This document shows, piece by piece, positions 9,361 to 17,972 of a DNA stretch of 64,000 nt (position 1 is its first letter; the number at the start of each line of letters is the position of its first letter). The stretch is from Alphaproteobacteria bacterium (lineage in GTDB: Bacteria; Pseudomonadota; Alphaproteobacteria; MPNO01): positions 1,760,001 to 1,824,000 of the forward strand of contig CBDFLJ010000001.1 in assembly GCA_965248835.1 (NCBI GenBank), in the 5' to 3' direction. The notes below the pieces were generated by a model. It was not told the origin of the DNA and made no database searches. It worked only from the letters and a program-made list of their open reading frames with translations. The position numbers and the translations under genes were made by a program.

Positions 9361-10998
9361 TCAGTCCTCCTCGCGCTCGACGTCGCGCACCGAGGTTTCG
9401 GGCACCAGCCCGGGCTGCTGGCGTTGCAGCGTGCGCCTGCCGTTCTCCAGATAATGCCCGTCGGCGGCGCGCTTCGCCGCCTGGTCCCAGTCCTCGGTCC
9501 AGTCGCCCAACGTATAGCCGTGCCAGGGCGATTCCGGCTTGAGGCCGGGCAGGCCCAGCCGCTCCCACAGGGCGCGCGCGCCTTCCATGTAGGCGCGCGC
9601 CGGCAAGGCCAGCGGCGGCATGCCGGATTTCATGGTCGCATCGATCAGCAGCGTAGAGTCCTCCTCGCCCGCGTGCTCGCGCTTGGGCCCGTGGCCCTGA
9701 CCGCGATGGGGAAGGATCGCGACGTCATCGGTCGGGTTATGGCGGTAGGCCATCGCCCAGAGCAGCGCATCGGCGTTGTCGGGATCGATGTCGTCATTGA
9801 CCGCGATGCAGATCTTGGAGCAGTCGCCCTTGAAGCTCGCCGTCCCGTAGAGCGCCCGCCAGACCTCGGTGCGCGGTGCGCCGCGCTCCAGCGTTACGAT
9901 GCTCACCCGCAACAGCCCGGTCAGCTTCTCGTGGAGCGCGACACCGGTGACCGCCTTCACCCCGAGCTGGTCGCGCAGGTGGGCGAGGAACAGCGGCTCG
10001 TAGGCGACGCGCTTGATCACCGAGGATTCGCTCGGTGCGACCTGGCTGATATAGGACGGGATCACCGGGTGCGCCTTGCGGGTGATCGCGCTCACCCGCA
10101 TCGGCAGGTTGTACTCCTCCAGCGCCACATGGCCGTGGCTCTCGCCGAACGGACCCTCCGGCTCCAGCATGGTGGTATCGATCATCCCCTCGATCACCAT
10201 CTCGGCCTCGGCCGGTACCAGCAGGTCGACGGTCTTGGCGCGCACGACGTTGATCGGCTCGCCGGCCAGCCCGCCGGCGATGTCGAACTCGTCGACATCG
10301 ACCTGCAGCTTCTGCGGACCCATGAACGCCACCAGCGGCGGGCAGCCAAGCACGATCGCGCACGGCAGGCCCTCGCCGCGCGCCTTGCATTTCTGCCAAT
10401 GGACGTAGCCGCCGGCCCCGCCCACCCGGGTCGCCATACGCACCACCAGCCGATCGGGCGCCTTCAGCCCGGCGCGGTAGGTGCCCATGTTCTGCACCCC
10501 CGTCTCCGGGTCCTTGGTGATGACGTTGGTGGCCGCAAGGGTCGGCGCGCTGTCGAAGCCGGGCGTCGAGATCGGGATCGGCAGGGCATCCAACCCGTTG
10601 CCCGGACCCCGCAGGGCCTCGCCCTCGATGACGACCTCCTGGCACGGCCCCTCGTTGACCAGCCGCGGCGGCACCGGGTTCGCCATCGCGTGGTCCCAGC
10701 GCGCCGGGATGTCGGCGACCTCGGCGCGCATGCCCTGGCTGTAGATGGCTTTGTTGGCCGCGAGCGCGCCGATCACCACCGGGATGTCGTAACGCCGGTC
10801 CAGGCTGTCGGTGACGGTGTTGAACAGGAAGGCCTTGCGCTCGCGCTCCTCCAGCCCGCCGCGGAACTGCCAGCGGACCAGCGGGTGCATCTCGGTGTCC
10901 TTGTTGACCGGCTCGTCGATCCGCAGCAGCAGCCCGGCCGCATCCAGCACCTCCAGATGCTCCTGCAGGTCGGCATAGCCGCGCCGCGCATGCACCAT
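9361..10998 (-). CDS. UbiD-family (prFMN-dependent) decarboxylase
   Basis: 'QNMGTYR', 'VPAEAEMVIEG', 'EGPFGESHG', 'VNDDID', 'LLIDAT'. Confidence 0.9.
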   Translation of the reverse strand: MVHARRGYADLQEHLEVLDAAGLLLRIDEPVNKDTEMHPLVRWQFRGGLEERERKAFLFNTVTDSLDRRYDIPVVIGALAANKAIYSQGMRAEVADIPARWDHAMANPVPPRLVNEGPCQEVVIEGEALRGPGNGLDALPIPISTPGFDSAPTLAATNVITKDPETGVQNMGTYRAGLKAPDRLVVRMATRVGGAGGYVHWQKCKARGEGLPCAIVLGCPPLVAFMGPQKLQVDVDEFDIAGGLAGEPINVVRAKTVDLLVPAEAEMVIEGMIDTTMLEPEGPFGESHGHVALEEYNLPMRVSAITRKAHPVIPSYISQVAPSESSVIKRVAYEPLFLAHLRDQLGVKAVTGVALHEKLTGLLRVSIVTLERGAPRTEVWRALYGTASFKGDCSKICIAVNDDIDPDNADALLWAMAYRHNPTDDVAILPHRGQGHGPKREHAGEEDSTLLIDATMKSGMPPLALPARAYMEGARALWERLGLPGLKPESPWHGYTLGDWTEDWDQAAKRAADGHYLENGRRTLQRQQPGLVPETSVRDVEREED

Positions 10999-11167
10999 CC
11001 CCGCCACTCCCCGAAGAACGCTCAACCCGGATTTGCCGCCATGATGCCATAGCCGGCCCGGCGGGAAACAGCCTTCTCTGGCGCGGCCCGGTGTGGCACT
11101 GTCATGCTCGGCATGTTCGGGCCGGTCCAGCGTGCTCGGCACATGCCCGGTCAGGCGGAGGGGTTGG

Positions 11168-12151
11168 ATGGGCAAGCCCGACATTACCGACGCGCAGCGG
11201 CCGGCGCGTACACGGGTCGGCGGCGTCGACGTCAAGCGCACCGCGCAGTTCCGCGCGCGCTTCCCGCCCGCGGCCAAGCGCCACCTGTTCATCCGCGACC
11301 ATGTGCTGTTCGAACAGCGCGACACGCCGGTCAATCCCGACCGGACCGAGGACATCGACGCGGACGCGACTGCGCGCTGGATCAAGGACTGGGTGCTGGA
11401 GGCCGGCGCCGATGCCGTCGGCATCGCAGCCTATGACGAGCGCTTCACCTTCGCCCAGGCCGACCAGCCCGGCCACACCGCGGTGATCGTCTACGCGATG
11501 GCGATGAAATACGACTACATGGCCGATATCGGCCCGCGGTCCCAGGACGAGGTCCACCGGATCTACTACCGACTCGACGATCTCGGTGTCCGGCTCGCCC
11601 ACCAGATCGGCGGGTTCGGCTACCGCGCGCGGATGCAGGCCAACGGCGGCGATATCCCGCTGGTGCCGTTCGCCTGGCTCGCCGGGCTGGGCGAGCTCGG
11701 CAAGCACGGCTCGCTGATCTCGACCGAGCTGGGCTCGTCCTTCCGACTGGGGGCGGTGACCACCGACCTGCCGCTGACCCCCGACGGGCCGCGCGATTCG
11801 GGGATCGACGAGGTCTGCGCCTCGTGCAACATCTGCACCCGGTTCTGCCCGGGCGATGCGATCAAGCCCGACAAGCAGACCGTCGCCGGTGTCGAGCGCT
11901 GGATCGTCGACCGGCCGGCTTGCGAGCCGTGGTTCCACAAGCTCTATGGCTGCAAGATCTGCCTGATGGTCTGTCCGTTCAACGCCAAGAGCATCTTCGC
12001 CGACAGCTTCAAGCCGACCGCGCGCGACATCCGCGACGCCAAGGACGCGAACGGCCTGCTGGCGCTGATCGAATCGCGCACCGAGATGCACTACGACGCG
12101 TTCGATTACGGCGCCTCGGGCGCACCCGCGATCGCGCCCGACGAGGACTGA
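11168..12151 (+). CDS. Reductive dehalogenase / QueG superfamily protein (cobalamin and 2x Fe-S), no TAT signal
   Basis: 'GADAVGIA', 'AGLGELGKHGSLI', 'FRLGAVTTDLPLTPD', CxxCxxCxxxCP (CASCNICTRFCP), C...GCKICLMVCP. Confidence 0.8.
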   Translation: MGKPDITDAQRPARTRVGGVDVKRTAQFRARFPPAAKRHLFIRDHVLFEQRDTPVNPDRTEDIDADATARWIKDWVLEAGADAVGIAAYDERFTFAQADQPGHTAVIVYAMAMKYDYMADIGPRSQDEVHRIYYRLDDLGVRLAHQIGGFGYRARMQANGGDIPLVPFAWLAGLGELGKHGSLISTELGSSFRLGAVTTDLPLTPDGPRDSGIDEVCASCNICTRFCPGDAIKPDKQTVAGVERWIVDRPACEPWFHKLYGCKICLMVCPFNAKSIFADSFKPTARDIRDAKDANGLLALIESRTEMHYDAFDYGASGAPAIAPDED

Positions 12152-12165
12152 GACGGCGCGCCGGG

Positions 12166-12187
12166 CGGACCGGACGTCGCCGGTCCG
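12166..12187. terminator. GC-rich hairpin between the dehalogenase-like and deiodinase-like genes
   Basis: CGGACCGG-acgtcg-CCGGTCCG perfect 8-bp stem; no immediate U-tract. Confidence 0.35.
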
Positions 12188-12263
12188 GGCAGGCGGTTTG
12201 ACAGGCTCCGGCCGAAATGGTCGGTTCCGGTCATCGCATGGATATCAACGAGGATCGAGGCTG

Positions 12264-12953
12264 ATGGCCGAACCGGGACTCTCCGTCGAGCAGAGAGCCA
12301 TGAAGGGCGCGCAGATGACGCCCGAGGAACGCAAGCGGATGTGGTTGTCGATTTCCGACATCACCGAGGCCGAGTTCGACGCCTACCATGACTGGCGCCG
12401 GGAACGTCAGTCGCGGGTGCCGCAGCCCGGCAGTCCGGCGCCGGATTTCGAGCTCGAAGGGCTCGGCGCCGACGGCGCGCGCACCGGCCGGCGGGTGCGG
12501 CTGTCGGCGCTCAAGGGCACGCCGGTGGCGCTGGTCTTCGGGTCCTATACCTGACCCCCCTATCGTAGTTGGGCCGTGCGCCTGAACGAGATCTATGACC
12601 GCCACAAGGACCGGGACATCCGGTTCTACGCCGTCTATATCCGCGAGGCCCATCCCAGCAATGGCTGGCAGGTGCCGGAAAACCTGGAGGAGAACATCCT
12701 CTACGAGGCGCCCACCACCGATGCGGCGCGCACCGAGATCGCCGCCGCCTGCCGGGTGGCGATGGACATCCAGATGCCGATGCTGATCGACTGGATCGGC
12801 AACGACGTGGAGGAGAAATACGTCTCCACCCCGATCCGGCTGTTCGTCGTCGATCCCGACGGGCGCATCGCCTATACCGGCGATGCCGGACCGTTCGGCT
12901 TCGATCCGGACTCCTGGGAGGAGGCGATCAAGGCCCAGATCGCCGCCGCCTGA
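12264..12953 (+). CDS. Iodothyronine deiodinase-like thioredoxin-fold selenoprotein (Sec at TGA 12552-12554)
   Basis: ORFs 12198-12554 and 12576-12953 share a frame; read-through gives PVALVFGSYT-U-PPY...VYIREAHPSNGW...GPFGF, matching deiodinase FGS(C/A)TUP(P/S)F and YIxEAHxSDGW motifs. Confidence 0.88.
12563..12589 (+). promoter_or_regulatory. Candidate bacterial SECIS element
   Basis: TCGT-(AG)-TTGGGC-[CGTGC]-GCCTGA-ACGA can pair as a stem-loop; the loop starts 20 nt after the TGA and has G at loop position 2. Confidence 0.6.
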
Positions 12954-13165
12954 GACGCGGCCGCGGCCCGCTCGGCACCGCCGTGCCGGCCGGGGGGGTG
13001 GGGAGTCCGGGTGGTTTTATCGTTCCGATGCGGCGCGGGCTGTGTCTGCGTGCTGACGGCACGCACCGGTCCCGGAATGCGCCTTGCGGCGGCGCGCTTG
13101 ACCGCGTTGCCCGCTTCGGCAATAGACTTGCACGCGAGCGACCTGGAGAGCGAGCCATCGAGACG

Positions 13166-14353
13166 GTGAAGCGGGCGCTTCGGCTCATTGCCGCGGCGGC
13201 GATATTCCTGCCGGTGATGACGGGCGGGTATTCGGCGGCGGCGCAAACCTTCGACGAAGTCCTCGCGGCATACGACCGCGGCGACTACGCTACGGCCTAC
13301 CGCGGATTCCGAAGCCTTGCGGAGCAGGGCATTGCCACCGGTCAGTTCGGTCTCGGGTTCCTGTACGCCAACGGCAAGGGCGTCCCCCGGGATGATGCTT
13401 TGGCCCTGAGGTGGTACCGCCGCGCCGCCGCGCAGGGCCATGCCGCCGCTCAGTTCAATCTCGGGCTCATGTACTATAACGGCGAGGGCGTCCCCCGGGA
13501 TTATGCCGAGGCGGCGAGGTGGTACCGCCGCGCCGCCGCGCAGGGCCGTGCCGCCGCGCAGTTCAATCTCGGGTTCATGTACGGCAACGGCAAGGGCGTC
13601 CCCCGGGACTATGCCGAGGCGGCGAGGTGGTACCGTCGCGCCGCCGAGCAGGGCCATGCCCACGCTCAGTTCAATCTCGGGCTCATGTACTATAACGGCG
13701 AGGGTGTCCCTCGGGACGAAGCCGAGGCGGCGACGTGGTACCGCCGCGCCGCCGCGCAGGGCCGTGCCGCCGCGCAGTTAAATCTCGGGTTCCTGTACTA
13801 CAAGGGCGAGGGCGTCGCCCAGGACTACGCCTTGGCGGTGACATGGTACCGCCGCGCCGCAGAGCAAGGCGATGCCCGCGCTCAGTTCGGTCTTGCACTC
13901 ATGTACGAACTCGGCCGAGGTGTTCCCCGGGACTTCGTTGAGGCGCACAGGTGGTTCAACCTTGCCGCCGCCCGATCCTCGGCCTCGCAGAAGGCCTTGC
14001 GTAAACGGGCCGTGCAACGCCGCGACCACGTTGCGGCGCGTCTGACGGCGGCGGCGCTCGAGCGGGCCCGGCGGCTGGCGAGAACCTGGCGGCCCGGGAC
14101 GGAGACGGCTCTGCCGACACCGCCGGCGGCAGGCAAGGACGGCGGTATGCGTAGCCGGGTGGCCATGCTGCAACGCGCTCTCGCGCGGCTCGGCTACGAC
14201 GCCGGGTCCGCCGACGGGGTCCTCGACTCCAAGACCCGTGCTGCGATCCGGGCATTCCAGGCATCGGCCGGGCTGCCGGCGGACGGCCGCCTGTCCGAAC
14301 GGCTGGAGAGCGCGGTCATATCCGCCCTTCTCGCCGCCGGCGCCGCGCCATAA
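13166..14353 (+). CDS. Secreted Sel1-repeat protein with C-terminal peptidoglycan-binding domain
   Basis: Signal peptide, six 36-aa Sel1 repeats, PGBD 'LQRALARLGYDAGSADGVLDSKTRAAIRAFQ...GLPADG'. Confidence 0.88.
   Translation: MKRALRLIAAAAIFLPVMTGGYSAAAQTFDEVLAAYDRGDYATAYRGFRSLAEQGIATGQFGLGFLYANGKGVPRDDALALRWYRRAAAQGHAAAQFNLGLMYYNGEGVPRDYAEAARWYRRAAAQGRAAAQFNLGFMYGNGKGVPRDYAEAARWYRRAAEQGHAHAQFNLGLMYYNGEGVPRDEAEAATWYRRAAAQGRAAAQLNLGFLYYKGEGVAQDYALAVTWYRRAAEQGDARAQFGLALMYELGRGVPRDFVEAHRWFNLAAARSSASQKALRKRAVQRRDHVAARLTAAALERARRLARTWRPGTETALPTPPAAGKDGGMRSRVAMLQRALARLGYDAGSADGVLDSKTRAAIRAFQASAGLPADGRLSERLESAVISALLAAGAAP
13319..13966 (+). repeat. Six tandem 108-bp Sel1-coding repeats
   Basis: Recurring 'tggtaccgccgcgccgcc..cagggc...cagttcaatctcggg' with 108-nt period. 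Confidence 0.85.
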
Positions 14354-14604
14354 TCCGGCCCCGCCCGCATTTCGCTCGATAGAGTATCGACCGGATCCGG
14401 GTTTCGTGTCAGCACTGCTGGCCACATACTGACCAACGCGCATGTCGTGCGCGGGTGCACCGAACTGCGCGTCGTGCCGGGTTCGGGGCCTGTCGCCGTC
14501 ACCGCGCGACGATGCCACCGACCTCGCCCTGCTCGAAGGGCCGGCGGCCGCCGCGCGCGGCGACCGCGAAAGCCTTTACCGTTCTCGTCGAGTGCTGGAA
14601 ATGA
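14354..14604 (+). pseudogene. Decayed trypsin-like serine protease domain, formerly fused to the Sel1 protein
   Basis: In frame after the TAA: STGSGFRVSTAGHILTNAHVVRGC; then shifted DDATDLALLE; then shifted AKAFTVLVECWK*; no GNSGGP. Confidence 0.75.
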
Positions 14605-14696
14605 CGCAGCCACAAGGCAGAAACGGCACCAACTAACGATCGCCGGCGCGTTGCGACAGGTGCGGTACTGGTGATGCCAGGACGCGGTGAGCGGTG

Positions 14697-15659
14697 TCAG
14701 GGCAGCAGGAGGTGGTTGTTGCCGCCGAGGATGAAGGCGCCGTCGTCCGGGATCTCGGCGATGGCATCGACGAAGGCCTTGACGGCCTCGTTCTTCCGGA
14801 TCTCCTGCGGGTAGTCGCTGGCGAAGACGATGCGCTCGGCCGGCAGCTCGACCAGGGACGTCTTGACCGAGCGGGCATCGCCGCAGAACCCGGCGGTGTC
14901 GAACACCATGCGCTCGGCAAGGTAGGAGTCGAAATCCCGCCCCGGATTGCGGCCGTGGCGGTCGTTGCCGGCGGTGCCCCAGAAGTCGCGGTCCTGGTAG
15001 GAACGGATACGGCCCAGCACCGAGGCGATGCCGCCGCCGAGATGCGCCATCTGCACCGTGAGGTCGGGATGGCGGTCGAAGACGCCGCCGTTGATCAACC
15101 GCACCGTCGCCTGGACCAGCGAGAACTCGCGGCCGACCGCGCGGGCGAGGTCATAGGCGTCGAACTGGCGGGGATGGCTGAGCCTGAGCGCGGGATGGAC
15201 GAAGACGTAGAGCCCGAGGCGCGCGGCCTCGGCCCAGAACGGGTCGAGCTCCGGCGCATCCAGCCCGATGCCGTCGAACTCCGAGGTGATCACCACGCCG
15301 GGGAAGCCGAGTTCGTCGGCGCAGCGCCGCAGCTCCGCCATCGCCTCTTCCCCGCCCAGCGGGTGGGCGTGCGCGGTGCCGATGAACCGGCCCGGATAAG
15401 CGCGCTCGGCGGCCTTGGCGGCATCGTTGCAGATGACCGATTTCTCGAGCGGCGCGCACATCCCCTCGGCACACGACAGCACCGCCGCCCCGATGCCGGC
15501 AACGTCCATCATCGCGATATGGGCATCGAGGTCGACCAGCAGCGAATGGAAGCTGTAGGACGGCACCCCGTGCTCGTCATAGCGGGTGAACGGCCGCTCG
15601 GCCGCGCCCTCGGGCAGCAGTGCCGGCGGCACGAAATGGTGCTGGAAATCGACGATCAT
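14697..15659 (-). CDS. Amidohydrolase_2 family protein (ACMSD-like decarboxylase/hydrolase)
   Basis: 'DFQHH', 'VFVHP', 'AHLGG', 'FASDYP'. Confidence 0.88.
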   Translation of the reverse strand: MIVDFQHHFVPPALLPEGAAERPFTRYDEHGVPSYSFHSLLVDLDAHIAMMDVAGIGAAVLSCAEGMCAPLEKSVICNDAAKAAERAYPGRFIGTAHAHPLGGEEAMAELRRCADELGFPGVVITSEFDGIGLDAPELDPFWAEAARLGLYVFVHPALRLSHPRQFDAYDLARAVGREFSLVQATVRLINGGVFDRHPDLTVQMAHLGGGIASVLGRIRSYQDRDFWGTAGNDRHGRNPGRDFDSYLAERMVFDTAGFCGDARSVKTSLVELPAERIVFASDYPQEIRKNEAVKAFVDAIAEIPDDGAFILGGNNHLLLP

Positions 15660-15855
15660 CGACCGGCCCCGCCCAGTGATTCAAGCCTGACGATACACCC
15701 GAATTCGGCCATGACCGTCCTCCCCGCCGCCAGAATATACCAACCGCCGCGCCCGCACACCCGCGCCCGGCGAGGCTGGCAGAGCGCAGGCAAGACCGCT
15801 ATCGTCGGTTGCGGCGGGCGATGGAGCAGGCAATCCCCTATCGGCATCCAGGACG

Positions 15856-16452
15856 ATGAGCGCGAGTCTGGCGGAAATATTGGGCGCGGACCGCTACGCG
15901 ATCGCACCCGATGTCCTGCTGGCCCCCGAGGGCGCCAGGCAGGATGCGGTCATGCTGGTCGAGGACGGGGCGATCAAGACGCTTGCCGACAGGGCGGACT
16001 TCGCGTGCCGGTTCCCCGGCACGCCGATGACCCCGCTTCCCGGGCGGGCCGTCGTGCCGGGATTCATCGATTCGCACATCCATCTCGGTCAGGGGTTCGG
16101 CAAGTCGATCATCGGCGGCGGGTTTCTGCTGGTGCCGATCTTCTCGGCGCTCTACCGGCTGCCGATGTATGTCCTGGTCGCGGCGACGATCCCCTACGTG
16201 ATCGTGCTTTCGGCTACCGGCCTTCTGACCTACGCGCTCACCGTCCCGCAGTTTTCGGGCACCGTCGTCACTCCCGAATGGGCATGGGGCTTCTTCGCCG
16301 CTTCCGGCGGGATCGCCGGCGCGTGGTGTGCGGCGAAGACCCAGCGCTTCGTGCCCGAGCACATGCTGAAGCTGATGCTGGGAAGCATCACAGGGCTTGC
16401 CGGCGCGCTCTATGTGAGCGCCTATTTCGTCGACCTGCCCTTCAGGCTGTGA
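15856..16452 (+). pseudogene. Chimeric ORF: amidohydrolase N-terminus fused to TauE/SafE permease C-terminus
   Basis: 'VVPGFIDSHIHLGQ' switches at IIGGG to hydrophobic 'GGGFLLVP...GGIAGAWCAAKTQRFVPE'. Confidence 0.65.
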
Positions 16453-16988
16453 GTCTTGCCCGTAAGTTTGCGTCGGGCTGCATCGGGATGCGCCCGAGGA
16501 CGCTTTCACGGACCCGATGCGCTTTGCGGCGCAGCAGCACCGCGCGCTTGGCCTTGGCCCGATCGGGTCGTCGACGTGCAACGCGCGGATCGTGGTCACC
16601 AGCGCAGGTGAGACCTGCGGCCGGCGCGCGGCGGCGGCACGCATCTTGCGGCGATACAGGGCGGCGCACGAGGCCCCGACCGCCGCGGCGGCTGCCGCGA
16701 CGGTCTGGTGATTCGGTGACCGGGCGATGCAGCCGCCGCACCGGCCGACGACCAAGACCGGCCAGGTCCTCACCCTCTCAATCCGCGCCGAGCGCGGGCG
16801 CAAGCGCTCGGCGAACATCCGGCGGGCCGGCACGCGGGCCGTGGGTCTCGATGAAGCTCTCGACCCGGCAGCGGCGGCCCCGGCGGTTGCGTATCCGCCC
16901 GATCGGCGTGACCCGGTACCCGCGACAGCCGTCGATATGGCGGGCAAACCGCGCGGCGCCGCCCCCCTCGGACCCGTGGTTTATGTGC

Positions 16989-17960
16989 TCAAGATCCGGC
17001 CGGCGCGTTCTTGCCCAGCCAGTCGATTTCGAGGCTTTGCAGCACGCCTTCCAGATCCGACAAGTCGGTCGGCAGGATGACCCGGGTTTGTGCGCCGGCC
17101 AGGACCCGCAGCCGAACCAGGTATTTTGCCGCGAGCTGCATGCGCACCGAGTCCTCGCCGCCGTCTTGATTTATCGCGGCGGCAATTTTTTCGATTGACT
17201 CCGCGGTGGCCGCAGCGATCGCCCGAACCTCCTGGGCGCGGCCCTCGGCCTCGTTGATCGTGCGCTGCATCTGGCCTTCGGAGTGGTTGATCATCTCCAG
17301 CTTCTGACCTTCGGACATGTTGATGCGGCTTTGTTTTTCGCCTTCGGAGCGCGCCACCACGGCGCGCAGCTCGCGCTCCGCGGTGACCTGTTTTTCCATC
17401 GCCCGATGGACCGATTGCGGCGGCGTCAGGTTCTTGATCTCGTATCGATGAACCCGGATGCCCCACACCTCGCCGGCCCGCTCCAGCACCTCGACCACGC
17501 GTGAGCTGATCAGCTCGCGTTCTTCGAAGGTGCGGTCGAGATCGAGCGTGCCGATGACCGAGCGGGTCGTGGTCTGGGCAAGCTCCATCGCCGCGACCGA
17601 ATAGTCGGTGACGCCATAGCTGGCGCGCACCGGATCGACGACCGAAATGTACATGACGCCGTCGACCTCGACCCGGACCTCGTCCTTGGTGAAGCATTCC
17701 TGTGGCGGCACATCGACGGTTTCCTCCTTCAGGTCGTGAATGAAGGCGACGCGGTCGAGAACCGGAATCAAGGCGTGGAAGCCGGGACCGAGTGTCTTGC
17801 TATAGCGCCCCAAGCGCTCGACGATGAAGGCGGCCTGTGTCGGTACGACCCGGATCGCGGCGAAGAACTTGACCACCAGAATGAGAAAAAAGACGCCCCA
17901 GACCACGAAGTTGAAAAGCTGCCACGGGTCGATGCCCTGCAAGTTGAAGCTTGTGTCCAT
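16989..17960 (-). CDS. SPFH/band 7 (QmcA/paraslipin-like) protein
   Basis: 'IVERLGRY', 'LAQTTTRSVIG', 'AMEKQVTAERE'. Confidence 0.9.
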   Translation of the reverse strand: MDTSFNLQGIDPWQLFNFVVWGVFFLILVVKFFAAIRVVPTQAAFIVERLGRYSKTLGPGFHALIPVLDRVAFIHDLKEETVDVPPQECFTKDEVRVEVDGVMYISVVDPVRASYGVTDYSVAAMELAQTTTRSVIGTLDLDRTFEERELISSRVVEVLERAGEVWGIRVHRYEIKNLTPPQSVHRAMEKQVTAERELRAVVARSEGEKQSRINMSEGQKLEMINHSEGQMQRTINEAEGRAQEVRAIAAATAESIEKIAAAINQDGGEDSVRMQLAAKYLVRLRVLAGAQTRVILPTDLSDLEGVLQSLEIDWLGKNAPAGS

Positions 17961-17972
17961 CGTTTCTTCTCC

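Noticed and set aside
11168-12151. Respiratory organohalide reductase (RdhAB)
   Set aside because: No twin-arginine signal, no adjacent RdhB-like membrane anchor, and only about 327 aa.
12198-12953. Two separate hypothetical proteins or a nonsense pseudogene
   Set aside because: The TGA falls exactly on the catalytic Sec position of the deiodinase motif and both halves are in frame.
13319-13966. Regular repeats resembling a CRISPR array
   Set aside because: In-frame 108-bp coding Sel1 units with no unique spacers and no cas genes.
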